DNA of 41,998 bases from Longimicrobium sp. (GCF_036280135.1 NZ_DASURI010000399.1:1-41998), one strand, 5' to 3'. Shown: positions 8,350 through 16,601, counted from the stretch's first letter. A program made the numbers and translations. The notes: a model not told the origin generated them from the letters alone.

Positions 8350-9165
8350 ATGAAGATCGGGCGTTACTTCGACGCAGCGCCGGGGCCCAGGCCGGCCCCG
8401 GCCGTTCCCCGCACCCGTCCGCAGTCACCCGAGACCCTGCGCGAGTTCGGGCCTCGGTCGGAGACGGCGGTGGACCTGCTGGACCCGACGACGTACCGCA
8501 TGGTCGAGGCCCTCGCGGCAGACGTGCGGGAGATCGCGCGGCGCGCTACGGGCCAGCCCCTCAAGTCTGCCGAGGAGGCGCACCAGCTCACGGAGCTGCT
8601 GGCCCGCGCGGCCTCGGCCGGCAAAGACCTGGACCGCTACCGGCGCCAGGCAGTGGACCCGCTCAACGCGCAGGTGAAGACGATCAACGCCACGTTCAAG
8701 CCCCTGACGACGGCGATCGAGAACATCCAGGAGCGGGGCAAGCGCTCGCTCGAAGCCTGGTTGCAGCAGGAGCGGGCCCGGGTCGAGCGGGAGCGGCGCG
8801 AGGCGGAGCGGCTGGCCGAGGAGGCCGCCGCGCGCGAGGGCCAGGCCCTGCTCGAGGCCGACGCCGCGCAGACGCCGGAGCAGCGCCAGGACGCACTGGC
8901 CCGGGCCGAGGCCGCGAGCGCGGACCAAGCGGCCGCCGTCGTGGCGGCTCCGCTCCCGGCCCCGCGCGTGCTCAAGGGCGAGTACGGCACCGCGGGCCTG
9001 CGGAAGCGCTGGACCTTCGAAGTCGTGAAGCCGGAGGACGTGCCGCGGCAGTACCTGACGGTGGACGAGAAGGCGATCCGTGCGGCTGTCGCGGGCGGTG
9101 TGCGGCAGATCCCGGGCGTGTCCATCACCGAAACCGAAGAGATCGCCGTCCGGGCGGGAGGGTAA
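8350..9165 (+). CDS. Coiled-coil phage protein (Gp157/Gam-like C-terminus)
   Basis: Long helix ending in WTFEV..VPRQYL.VDEKAIR..V..GVRQIPGV. Confidence 0.55.
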   Translation: MKIGRYFDAAPGPRPAPAVPRTRPQSPETLREFGPRSETAVDLLDPTTYRMVEALAADVREIARRATGQPLKSAEEAHQLTELLARAASAGKDLDRYRRQAVDPLNAQVKTINATFKPLTTAIENIQERGKRSLEAWLQQERARVERERREAERLAEEAAAREGQALLEADAAQTPEQRQDALARAEAASADQAAAVVAAPLPAPRVLKGEYGTAGLRKRWTFEVVKPEDVPRQYLTVDEKAIRAAVAGGVRQIPGVSITETEEIAVRAGG

Positions 9166-9170
9166 CGGAC

Positions 9171-9362
9171 ATGGCCTTGCGGTTCCGTCGGTCCAATCTC
9201 AAGTACGGCGAGGACGCGCCGTCGAGCTACCAGTGCATGCGTATCCGGATGCGCGCGGAGCGGCTGGTGCTGGCGGCTCGCAAGCTCCAGACGGAGGCTC
9301 AGCGGCAGCGCAGCGAGCGCGACTCGCTCACCTGGGAAGAGCACCTGTCGAGGGCGTTATGA
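9171..9362 (+). CDS. Hypothetical protein
   Basis: GGAGG RBS. Coupled to the next gene. Confidence 0.5.
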   Translation: MALRFRRSNLKYGEDAPSSYQCMRIRMRAERLVLAARKLQTEAQRQRSERDSLTWEEHLSRAL

Positions 9363-9709
9363 AGACTGCCAAGACGTATCGCCATCAGATGCTCAGTGAG
9401 CTGCCGAAGCCGGCAAAGCTGGATCCGGTGCTGGCCGAGCCGTTGCCGGAGCCGGCCGCCGTGGTGTGGGAAGACCCGCCGCCGGCAAAGGGGCTGGGCC
9501 GCGGGAGGTCGAAGTATCCGGCGTTGTTTGCGTTGCTGCGGCAGCATCAGGGGCGCTGGGCGCTGCTCTACACCATCGGCGGCAAGACCAACAACGGCAG
9601 CATGGGCACCTACCTCCGGAAGATTGCTCTCGCGGCCGGCGGCGGCTTCGAGATCGTCCAGCGCGGGCTCAAGGTCTACGGCCGCTACGTCGGCACCAAG
9701 GCGGAGTAG
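9359..9709 (+). CDS. Hypothetical protein, possibly nucleic-acid binding
   Basis: ATGA-coupled start. Basic compact domain GRGRSKY...VYGRYVG. Confidence 0.65.
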   Translation: MKTAKTYRHQMLSELPKPAKLDPVLAEPLPEPAAVVWEDPPPAKGLGRGRSKYPALFALLRQHQGRWALLYTIGGKTNNGSMGTYLRKIALAAGGGFEIVQRGLKVYGRYVGTKAE

Positions 9710-9729
9710 GGGCCTGTGATCGTGATGAT

Positions 9730-10114
9730 GCGAGGGGGCGCGGTGTCTGGCGTACCCCTCGCCGTGACCGGCAGTCAGCAGAAGCCCGCGGAGCGGTTCC
9801 CCTCGCGTGAGCGGCCCCGCCCCGCTCGCGTCACCGTTCCGCGGGCTTTTCCTGGCGGCCGTTCAGATCACCCGCGCGTGCAGGAGGGTACGTCCGGGTG
9901 CAGCCGCTACCACGAGCGCCGGTACGCCCAAGGGCCGGCGAGACACCGCGCAGGACGGCCGCCAGGAACCTCTAGAGAGCCGGCGTCGGATCCACGCTGG
10001 AAGGCGATGGGGTGGGGCTCATTCCCCCTACATGACGCGCACGCCAGGGGCGTAGGAGCAGGAGAGCGCCCCTATCCCGGTGGCCGCGTTGCCTGACGCC
10101 GGCTCTCTAGAGGT
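9730..10114 (+). ncRNA. Multi-domain structured RNA locus (candidate antisense/regulatory RNAs)
   Basis: Stems 9730-37/9755-62, 9782-97/9833-48, 9849-64/9953-68 and 9968-89/10093-114. Stem mismatches are G.U on the + strand. Confidence 0.75.
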
Positions 10115-10121
10115 GCGGTGA

Positions 10122-10871
10122 ATGGCTGAGACATCGATTGCGTGGACGCACTACACGTTCAATCCCTGGTGGGGCTGCACGCGCGTTTCGCCGGGCTGCG
10201 AGCACTGCTACGCGGAGGCTTTCTCCCACCGCATGGGGCACGAGATATGGGGGCCGACTGCCGACCGCCGCTTCTTCGGTGACACCCACTGGAACGAGCC
10301 GCTGAAGTGGCACCGCAAGCGCCAGCAGGGCGGACCCAAGCATCTCGTCTTCTGCGCGTCAATGGCCGACGTGTTCGAGGATCGGCGCGACCTCGACGCA
10401 CCACGCGAGCGGCTCTGGTCCCTGATCGAGTCCACTCCGCTGTTGACCTGGCAGCTCCTCACCAAGCGGCCGGAGAACGCGCTCCGGCTCAGTCCGTGGG
10501 GCCAGGACAGGGGGCGCCAGTGGCCCGTCAACGTGTGGCTGGGATTCACGGCAGAGAGCCAGGAGTGGCTTGACAGGCGTTGGCCGGCCGCGCGCGCCGC
10601 GGCGTCCTGGGTGTCGCAGTTCTTCATCTCTGCCGAGCCGCTGGTCGGACCCATAACGCTCGGCCGTCGCGCCGCCTCCGTGAATTGGGTAATCACTGGC
10701 GCCGAGAGCGGGCACGGTGCCCGTCCTATGTCGCTCGATTGGGTCCGCTCGCTGCGCGACGAGTGCCAAGCCAACGGCATCGCCTTCTTCCACAAGCAGG
10801 AGATACGCGCCGGACGGAAGGTCGAGACTCCAGAGCTGGATGGCCGGCGATGGACGGAATTTCCGGAGTGA
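10122..10871 (+). CDS. Phage Gp37/Gp68 family (DUF5131) protein
   Basis: TSIAWTHYTFNPWWGCTRVSPGCEHCYA, VFCASMADVF, LLTKRPEN, WVITGAESG motifs. Confidence 0.9.
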   Translation: MAETSIAWTHYTFNPWWGCTRVSPGCEHCYAEAFSHRMGHEIWGPTADRRFFGDTHWNEPLKWHRKRQQGGPKHLVFCASMADVFEDRRDLDAPRERLWSLIESTPLLTWQLLTKRPENALRLSPWGQDRGRQWPVNVWLGFTAESQEWLDRRWPAARAAASWVSQFFISAEPLVGPITLGRRAASVNWVITGAESGHGARPMSLDWVRSLRDECQANGIAFFHKQEIRAGRKVETPELDGRRWTEFPE

Positions 10872-10878
10872 GGTGAGC

Positions 10879-11067
10879 ATGAAAGACCTGGACATCCGTT
10901 TGCTGGACCGCCAGGCCGCGCGTGAGTCCGTGATCAGGACGATCGAGGGCCTTGCGCGGGAGGCCCGCCGGGTAGTGAAGATTCATCCGTGTGGCACCGG
11001 ATCGGCCTACCGCCGCGAGCGTGCGCGATTGTTCCGGGCGGCCCTGCGCGCCGTCATGGGCGCGTAG
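10879..11067 (+). CDS. Hypothetical protein
   Basis: GAGGTG RBS then ATG. Confidence 0.55.
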   Translation: MKDLDIRLLDRQAARESVIRTIEGLAREARRVVKIHPCGTGSAYRRERARLFRAALRAVMGA

Positions 11068-11508
11068 ATGGCCTCGCCCGGCCCCTACCCCGACCGTGCC
11101 GACGATCGCGCCCCGGCGACGCGTTCCCACGCGTGCACGGGCCAATCCTGCGAAGCCCCCGGCTGCCGGAATCCGCTCCGGCCCGCCCAGGTCGCGAAGG
11201 GCGGCCGGTACTGTTCCCCGAAGTGCCGCCGCGCCGGCTGGGAAGCGCAGCACCCGCGGGCTAACCGGCCTCGGCCCGGCGTGGGCGAGGGCCGGGCGGT
11301 CGATCGCGTGCTCGGGATCATGGCCGACGGCAAGTGGCGCACCGTGCCAGAGCTGGCGGTCCTGGCCGGCTGCACCGAGGCCGGCGCCTCGGCCCGCCTG
11401 CGTGACCTGCGCAAGCCCAAGTTCGGCCGGTTCACCGTGGAGCGGCGCCCGATCGCTCCCGTGTGGACGCCGAGGCTGTACGAGTACCGCGTGATTCTCA
11501 GGGGGTGA
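11068..11508 (+). CDS. Zn-finger plus winged-HTH DNA-binding protein
   Basis: CEAPGC..YCSPKC, then MADGKWRTVPELA...ASARLRDLRK...YEYR. Confidence 0.7.
   Translation: MASPGPYPDRADDRAPATRSHACTGQSCEAPGCRNPLRPAQVAKGGRYCSPKCRRAGWEAQHPRANRPRPGVGEGRAVDRVLGIMADGKWRTVPELAVLAGCTEAGASARLRDLRKPKFGRFTVERRPIAPVWTPRLYEYRVILRG
11103..11150 (+). repeat. Dispersed ~45-bp element, copy 1
   Basis: Core ACGCGTTCCCACGCGT at 11119-11134. Confidence 0.85.
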
Positions 11509-11511
11509 TGG

Positions 11512-12348
11512 GTGGCCGGGCACTTCGTCAAGCTCTACGGTTCGATCCTGAATAGCAGCGTCTGGTGTTCCACGCCGGAGGTCAAGCTGGTGTGGATCAC
11601 CATGTTGCTACTCGGGGACGGCGACGGAAACGTCTACGGTGCTGTCCCGGGCATCGCTCGTCAGGCCGGCGTGCCAGTCGAGGCGTGTCGGGAAGCGATC
11701 AAGTACCTGAGCGGCCCCGACCCGGACTCGCGCACGCCCGACCACGAGGGCCGCCGGATCCTGCCGATAGACGGCGGCTGGAAGATCGTCAACTCCAGGA
11801 AATACCGCGAGATGCGAACTGAAAGGCAGCGGCAGTCGGCCGACCGTGCGCAGCGATACCGGGAGAGAAAGGCGGCCGGCCAGACTCGGCGTCCGCGTGA
11901 CGCGTCACGCAAATCACGCGCAGAGGTAGAGGTAGAGACAGACACTACGGATATTCCTCCGGAAGGGGCGGCTACCGCCGCACCCGCCGCGAAGAAACCG
12001 AGAGCGCCGTCAGTCCAGGCGGAAGCCGTGCAGGACTACGAGCAGCGTTTCGGCGCCGGCTCTGCCCCGGGCGGGCGGATCGCGGGCGTCATGACCCGGC
12101 TGGTGGAGCACCAGGCCGCGGCGCGTTCCGAGGAGCCGTACCCCTGCTGGTCGGGCTGGGTGCGGCCGGCGTGGCGGCGCTACCTCGCGGAGACCACGCA
12201 TCCGGCGCCGAACGTGAACGACTTCGCGCAGCATTTCGCGGACTGGGCGGGCGTGACGGCCTTGGCGCGAGCGCCGGCGCGCGGCGGCGGTGGGGCCGAG
12301 GCGCGATCCGATGCGGCCGTGGCGCGGTTCATTCAGCGCGGGAGGTGA
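11512..12348 (+). CDS. Putative replication initiator (replisome organizer)
   Basis: FVKLYGSILNSSVW wHTH-type N-terminus, R-rich helix, EVEVETDT linker, internal palindrome. Confidence 0.7.
   Translation: MAGHFVKLYGSILNSSVWCSTPEVKLVWITMLLLGDGDGNVYGAVPGIARQAGVPVEACREAIKYLSGPDPDSRTPDHEGRRILPIDGGWKIVNSRKYREMRTERQRQSADRAQRYRERKAAGQTRRPRDASRKSRAEVEVETDTTDIPPEGAATAAPAAKKPRAPSVQAEAVQDYEQRFGAGSAPGGRIAGVMTRLVEHQAAARSEEPYPCWSGWVRPAWRRYLAETTHPAPNVNDFAQHFADWAGVTALARAPARGGGGAEARSDAAVARFIQRGR
11895..11946. other. Candidate replication origin inside the initiator gene
   Basis: Perfect 16-bp palindrome GCGTGACGCGTCACGC, an extra TCACGC, then AGAGGT/AGAGAC hexamer repeats. Confidence 0.45.
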
Positions 12349-12352
12349 GAGG

Positions 12353-12700
12353 GTGACATGTCACTTTGTCGAAGGCGCAGTGCTGTGCACTGGCACTGGC
12401 GGATGGCGCGTGAGCCCCGCTTTGGAGTGCGGGTGGTGCCTGGAAAAGCGTCGCTGCATCGAGACGCCCATCTTCAGCGGCTACTGCGGATACGACGTGA
12501 TCTGCGGCACCTGCGGCTCGGAGTGGAACACCGACGATGGACGGTTCCGCAAGATCGACAACGACGAGCGCGACGCCAACATTGCGCGCGTAGCCGCGAT
12601 GCCGGATCCGAAGTGCTGGGAATGCCACGATACCGGCGACACCGGCGAGCCGATGGACGAACCAGGTACTCACCCGTGCAAGTGCGGAGCGGGCCGGTGA
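12353..12700 (+). CDS. Cys-rich hypothetical protein
   Basis: Several CxxC motifs. GGAGGTG RBS. Confidence 0.6.
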   Translation: MTCHFVEGAVLCTGTGGWRVSPALECGWCLEKRRCIETPIFSGYCGYDVICGTCGSEWNTDDGRFRKIDNDERDANIARVAAMPDPKCWECHDTGDTGEPMDEPGTHPCKCGAGR

Positions 12701-13035
12701 TCGTCCAGCTCTCGACGGGCCGCGAGCGTGTCGGCCGCGAGGTGTTCGGGGTGGGCCTCCGGGCCATCGCGGCGGCGTACTGGCGCGAGCTGTCTGACGC
12801 GACGCTGGAGACGTTCTACGCCGTGCTGGGCGGGGCCATGACCGACCTGGAGTGGCACCGGTTGGTCGAGGAGGCGATCGGGCCCGGCTCGAGGGATCGG
12901 ACGTTCCCGCCGACGCCGGGCGAGCTGCTGGCGATTCTGGACGCGCAGCGGCAGGCCGAGCGGCCGGGCGTGGATCTGCTGGAAGAGGCCGAGGCCGACG
13001 AGCTGGCGCTGCGGGTGGCCCGGGAGCGTGCGTGA
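12697..13035 (+). CDS. Possible helicase loader/inhibitor (G39P-like)
   Basis: FPPTPGELL motif, helical, downstream of the initiator. Confidence 0.5.
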   Translation: MIVQLSTGRERVGREVFGVGLRAIAAAYWRELSDATLETFYAVLGGAMTDLEWHRLVEEAIGPGSRDRTFPPTPGELLAILDAQRQAERPGVDLLEEAEADELALRVARERA

Positions 13036-13211
13036 CCGGCTGGTACTACATGCGAGGGCTGTTCTGGTTCCGGCTGTTCGGATGGGGCCTCCGAGTGGCC
13101 GATCGCAGGATTCATCCGGCGCTGTTCTCGGAGCGGACTGGCCGGATATGGGTCCTGAGGGTTGGTCCGTGGAGCATCGCCGGCCTGAGGCCCTGGTCGT
13201 CGCGTGACTGA
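13032..13211 (+). CDS. Small Trp/Arg-rich hypothetical protein
   Basis: Overlaps both neighbours (GTGA start). Confidence 0.45.
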   Translation: MTGWYYMRGLFWFRLFGWGLRVADRRIHPALFSERTGRIWVLRVGPWSIAGLRPWSSRD

Positions 13212-13617
13212 CCACGGCGCAACGTTCACGGCCGACGTGACAGCGGACGGCAAGCTGCGGCCGCTGAACCGAGCCGGCTGGGACGTGGTGTTGAACGGCT
13301 GGGCGGGCAAGCGCGTAACGGTCCAGATTGAGCCGGAGCGCAGGACCCGGACGAATCCCCAGCTCCGCCGGTATTTCGGCTGCATCGTGCCGGTGGTGCG
13401 CGAGCTGCTGAGCCAGGGCCGGGTGGTACCGCTGAGCAAGCTCCAGGTGCACCGGTTGCTGTGCGGCGCCTTCCTCGGGCACGAGTCCACGCCGATCGGT
13501 GACGTGCCGATCGAGAGCAAGACGCTAGACCCGGGCCAGTTCGCCGCGTTCTGCGACCAGGTCGAGGCGCACTTTCGGGTGGAGTTCGGGGCCGAGTTCC
13601 CGTTGGAGGCCGAGTGA
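13204..13617 (+). CDS. NinB-like protein
   Basis: RTNPQLRRYFGCIV...SKTLDPGQFAAFCDQVE. Confidence 0.6.
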   Translation: MTDHGATFTADVTADGKLRPLNRAGWDVVLNGWAGKRVTVQIEPERRTRTNPQLRRYFGCIVPVVRELLSQGRVVPLSKLQVHRLLCGAFLGHESTPIGDVPIESKTLDPGQFAAFCDQVEAHFRVEFGAEFPLEAE

Positions 13618-14093
13618 CCTGGATCTCTCGGCGAGTCCCGCTGAAGCGCAGCTCGAAGCCGATCGCGCGGCGCGCGCGGCCCCGAAGCCGGATTCCGAAG
13701 GCGCTGGGCACTCACCGCGAGCGGGTGAAGTACGCGAACGACCTGTGGCGGCGGCTGATCTACGCGAAGGAGCCGAGCGGGATCTGCCCGCGGTGCCGCG
13801 CGCGGAAGTGGCACGACGCCGCGCACTGCTTCGCGAAAGGCCCGTATCCGGCGCTGCGCTTCGAGCTGGAGAACGGCGCGCCGCTTTGCCGCCCGTGCCA
13901 TACGCGCGTGGACTCGGACCACCACGCCAAGGTCGAGTTCTTTACGCGCTACATCGGGGCCGTCGAGTACGAGCGGCTGCGGCTGCGGGCGCTGTCTCGG
14001 GCCAAGTCCGACCTGGCGTTGACGATCCTGTACCTGGAGCGTGCGTCACGTTCGGGGGCGGCGGTAGTATCTCGCCCGGTGGGGCCGACCTGA
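13614..14093 (+). CDS. NinG/Rap-like HNH-type endonuclease
   Basis: CPRC..DAAH...LRFELENG..LCRPCH. Confidence 0.75.
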   Translation: MTWISRRVPLKRSSKPIARRARPRSRIPKALGTHRERVKYANDLWRRLIYAKEPSGICPRCRARKWHDAAHCFAKGPYPALRFELENGAPLCRPCHTRVDSDHHAKVEFFTRYIGAVEYERLRLRALSRAKSDLALTILYLERASRSGAAVVSRPVGPT

Positions 14094-14103
14094 AGCGTGA
14101 CGC

Positions 14104-14132
14104 TTGACAAACGATAGGCACTCTGCTATATT
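14104..14132 (+). promoter_or_regulatory. Strong sigma70 promoter
   Basis: TTGACA-N17-TATATT with TGn extension. ATG 6 nt downstream. Confidence 0.85.
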
Positions 14133-14138
14133 GGTCGC

Positions 14139-14363
14139 ATGACACCAAAGACCAAGCGGGGAACGTGCCGGTGCTGCGGCGGGGTCGTGGTGCTGGTGGA
14201 TGGCGCGTGGGTGCGCGACGCGAGAATGGCGCGCGGGATCAAGCTGGCGCACGTGGCTAGCCGCCTGGGCGTTTCGAGCTCTTACGTGTCGCAACTCGAG
14301 GCCGGGCTGCGGCCGTTCTCGCTCAAGCTGTGGACCCGTTACCGCAAGGCGCTGGAGGGGTGA
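14139..14363 (+). CDS. Small XRE-type HTH protein
   Basis: RMARGIKLAHVASRLGVSSSYVSQLEAG. Confidence 0.8.
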   Translation: MTPKTKRGTCRCCGGVVVLVDGAWVRDARMARGIKLAHVASRLGVSSSYVSQLEAGLRPFSLKLWTRYRKALEG

Positions 14364-14365
14364 CC

Positions 14366-14677
14366 ATGCTAACCGGGCGGATCGAACACGACTCCAGCGG
14401 CCTGAGGATCATGACCACGGACATGGACTGGAACGAGCCCCGCATCGTGACGACGATTTGGCGTGTGGTCGTGATCGATGGCCCGGCGCCGCAGGACGGG
14501 ACACTGGCGGTTCTTCGTCCGACTGGCGTGTGGGACTGCGGTAGCGCTCAGTGCAGCGTGGCTCAGCAGGCCGAGTCGATCGAGTTGACGCCGATCAAGC
14601 CGCCTCGCGGGAAGCGTGGGCGAGTCGAGTGGCGCGACGGGGAGTGGAAGCCGAAGCGCAAGGCTCTGGAGGGGTGA
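14366..14677 (+). CDS. Accessory hypothetical protein
   Basis: GGAGG RBS. Flanked by a 21-bp direct repeat. Confidence 0.6.
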   Translation: MLTGRIEHDSSGLRIMTTDMDWNEPRIVTTIWRVVVIDGPAPQDGTLAVLRPTGVWDCGSAQCSVAQQAESIELTPIKPPRGKRGRVEWRDGEWKPKRKALEG

Positions 14678-14910
14678 TGTCGAATCAGGGGCGGATGGAC
14701 GCGGAGGCAGACGCGGCGCAGCTCAGAATCGCGTGGCGTGACACCTGGGGCACCGAAGGGCGCATCTTCGATGCCACTTACGCGATGGATTGGCCGCAGG
14801 GGCCGGACTGCCGAGCCGCAAAGCACCACGCAACCATCAGCGCGCGGGCCGTGTTCATCGCCGTCCCCGGCCTGCGAGACGACGAGCCGGGGGAGCGCGA
14901 GGGGGAGTGA
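14677..14910 (+). CDS. Accessory hypothetical protein
   Basis: TGATG coupling. Confidence 0.55.
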   Translation: MSNQGRMDAEADAAQLRIAWRDTWGTEGRIFDATYAMDWPQGPDCRAAKHHATISARAVFIAVPGLRDDEPGEREGE

Positions 14911-14912
14911 GC

Positions 14913-15089
14913 ATGCCTGAAACAGAACTGCGGTGCGTTGACTGCGGGGCCGAGAAAGACTCCGAGGGGTGGTGCCCGAATTATTGCATGACCGGCGAGT
15001 GCGGCTGCTGGTATCACGCCGAGGAAGGCATACCGTGTCCGCACGATCTCGCCAAGGCGAAGCCGGAGCGCGAGGGCAGGGAGGGGTGA
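14913..15089 (+). CDS. Small Cys-rich accessory protein
   Basis: GGAG RBS, CxxC motif. Confidence 0.55.
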   Translation: MPETELRCVDCGAEKDSEGWCPNYCMTGECGCWYHAEEGIPCPHDLAKAKPEREGREG

Positions 15090-15250
15090 TGGCGAAGGAG
15101 ACGGCGTTCGCGGTGCTGAAGGACGTAGACGAGGTTGTCCGCACCTATCACGAGAGCATGGACTGTACGTTCTGCCCAGCCGACCCAATCGCCAACTGTC
15201 CTCTGATCGAGAGAATCGAAGCAGTGCTGACCAAGGCCGAGGCCCGCTGA
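15089..15250 (+). CDS. Accessory hypothetical protein
   Basis: TGATG coupling. Confidence 0.55.
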   Translation: MAKETAFAVLKDVDEVVRTYHESMDCTFCPADPIANCPLIERIEAVLTKAEAR

Positions 15251-15498
15251 TGCCTCGCGCCGAGAAGTCCGAGTCCGAACGTCGGCTGGTGTTCTGTTAC
15301 TGGCTGTGGCAGCCGCTCGGAGACTGCCGGGAGCATCAGAGGAACGAGTGCTTCTTCCTGCCGGCGACGGTCGTGCGGAGGTACTGGCGCGCGCGAGACG
15401 GCGCCGACGACCTCGAACGGTGTGACGTGGTGTTCGACGCCTTCCCCGACTACGTCTCGAAGGGGCACTTCTACACCAACACGCTGGAGGGGCGGTGA
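15250..15498 (+). CDS. Accessory hypothetical protein
   Basis: TGATG coupling. Confidence 0.55.
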   Translation: MPRAEKSESERRLVFCYWLWQPLGDCREHQRNECFFLPATVVRRYWRARDGADDLERCDVVFDAFPDYVSKGHFYTNTLEGR

Positions 15499-15860
15499 TG
15501 TCCGATCTGCGGGAGAGGGCGGAGAGATGGTATCGGCAGCGTTACGGTTACGCGCCCGAAGTGGACCTGTCTGGCAGCCAGGACGTAGACGAATTCGTCA
15601 CCTTCGCCTCCGAGCTGCTGCGCGAGCGCGACGCGGAGATCGCCCGGCTCAAGGGGGAGGTGGAGAAGCGCGACGCCGAGATCGAGCAGTCGGACGTGCG
15701 CTACCTCCATCTCCGTCGCCAGGTGGAGGCGGGGCGGGCCTATCGTGATGACCACACGCGCCACTGCCTGGTCGGGACTGGCCCGGGCGGTGAGGTGATC
15801 GATGAGCGCTGCGCCGATTGTCGCGCCTGGGACGCGGCCGAGAAGGGGGAGGGACGCTGA
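15498..15860 (+). CDS. Accessory protein, coiled coil plus Cys motif
   Basis: TGATG coupling. RDAEIARLK coiled coil. Confidence 0.6.
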   Translation: MSDLRERAERWYRQRYGYAPEVDLSGSQDVDEFVTFASELLRERDAEIARLKGEVEKRDAEIEQSDVRYLHLRRQVEAGRAYRDDHTRHCLVGTGPGGEVIDERCADCRAWDAAEKGEGR

Positions 15861-16129
15861 TGCTGCCGAAGGGACCGTGGGGATACGAGAGATCGATCAG
15901 CGGCGACTACTGCGTCGGCTGTCTGACTGGATACCACGGAGGACCCAAGCACAGCCGGGGCTGCCTCACGGCCGTGGTCGAATCCGTCTTCACGGAGGTG
16001 GTGGGGGCGCTGCAAGGCGAGCTATCGCCGGGGCGGTCAGACTGCAACGACCGCAAGTGCGGAGCATGCTCGCGGTGTCGGTCCTTGGCCGCCCTCGCCT
16101 CGGTCGAGAAGCTGAAGGAGGGGCGGTGA
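15860..16129 (+). CDS. Cys-rich accessory protein
   Basis: TGATG coupling. Confidence 0.55.
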   Translation: MLPKGPWGYERSISGDYCVGCLTGYHGGPKHSRGCLTAVVESVFTEVVGALQGELSPGRSDCNDRKCGACSRCRSLAALASVEKLKEGR

Positions 16130-16320
16130 GACGCCTGTTCCGTGAGACCTGTCCGAATTGCGTGAGTGCGTGTCATCTTGGACGCTACCTGGAAACTTGC
16201 ATCGTTTGTTCGCCCGGACTCAATGCGCCGGCTCGGGGCTGGGTGTGGCGGCCCGTGTGGTTGCATCGGCTACTGGTGTCGCGCTGGAACTTCGCGGCCC
16301 TGGAGAAGGGCTCCCGATGA
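16126..16320 (+). CDS. Cys-rich accessory protein
   Basis: GTGA coupling. Confidence 0.5.
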   Translation: MRRLFRETCPNCVSACHLGRYLETCIVCSPGLNAPARGWVWRPVWLHRLLVSRWNFAALEKGSR

Positions 16321-16601
16321 GCGACCCGAGCGAGGAGGCGAGGAAGCTGGCGGATCTGTCTCCCGGGCACCATCTGGCGAGATTGGTTATTGCTAGGCAG
16401 ATCGAGTCCGCCCTCCGCTCGGCCCGCGAGGAGGGGAGGAGGGCGGGGCTGAGGGAAGCGGCGGACCTGCACGAGAGCATGGACGTTGCTTGCGATCACG
16501 AGAGGTTGACGGGCGATCCTGGAGCGGGGGCGATGGCCGCCGTGATTCAGTACCGAGACGCAATCCGCGCCCTGGCCGACGCGCCGCGGGGGGAGGGGTA
16601 G
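16317..16601 (+). CDS. Accessory hypothetical protein
   Basis: ATGA coupling. AGLREAA...DAIRAL pattern common in phage accessory ORFs. Confidence 0.6.
   Translation: MSDPSEEARKLADLSPGHHLARLVIARQIESALRSAREEGRRAGLREAADLHESMDVACDHERLTGDPGAGAMAAVIQYRDAIRALADAPRGEG

Noticed and set aside
9716-10096. 126-aa ORF across the structured region
   Set aside because: No SD and low-complexity R/P/G composition. Extensive base-pairing explains the region better, although a short leader peptide is not excluded.
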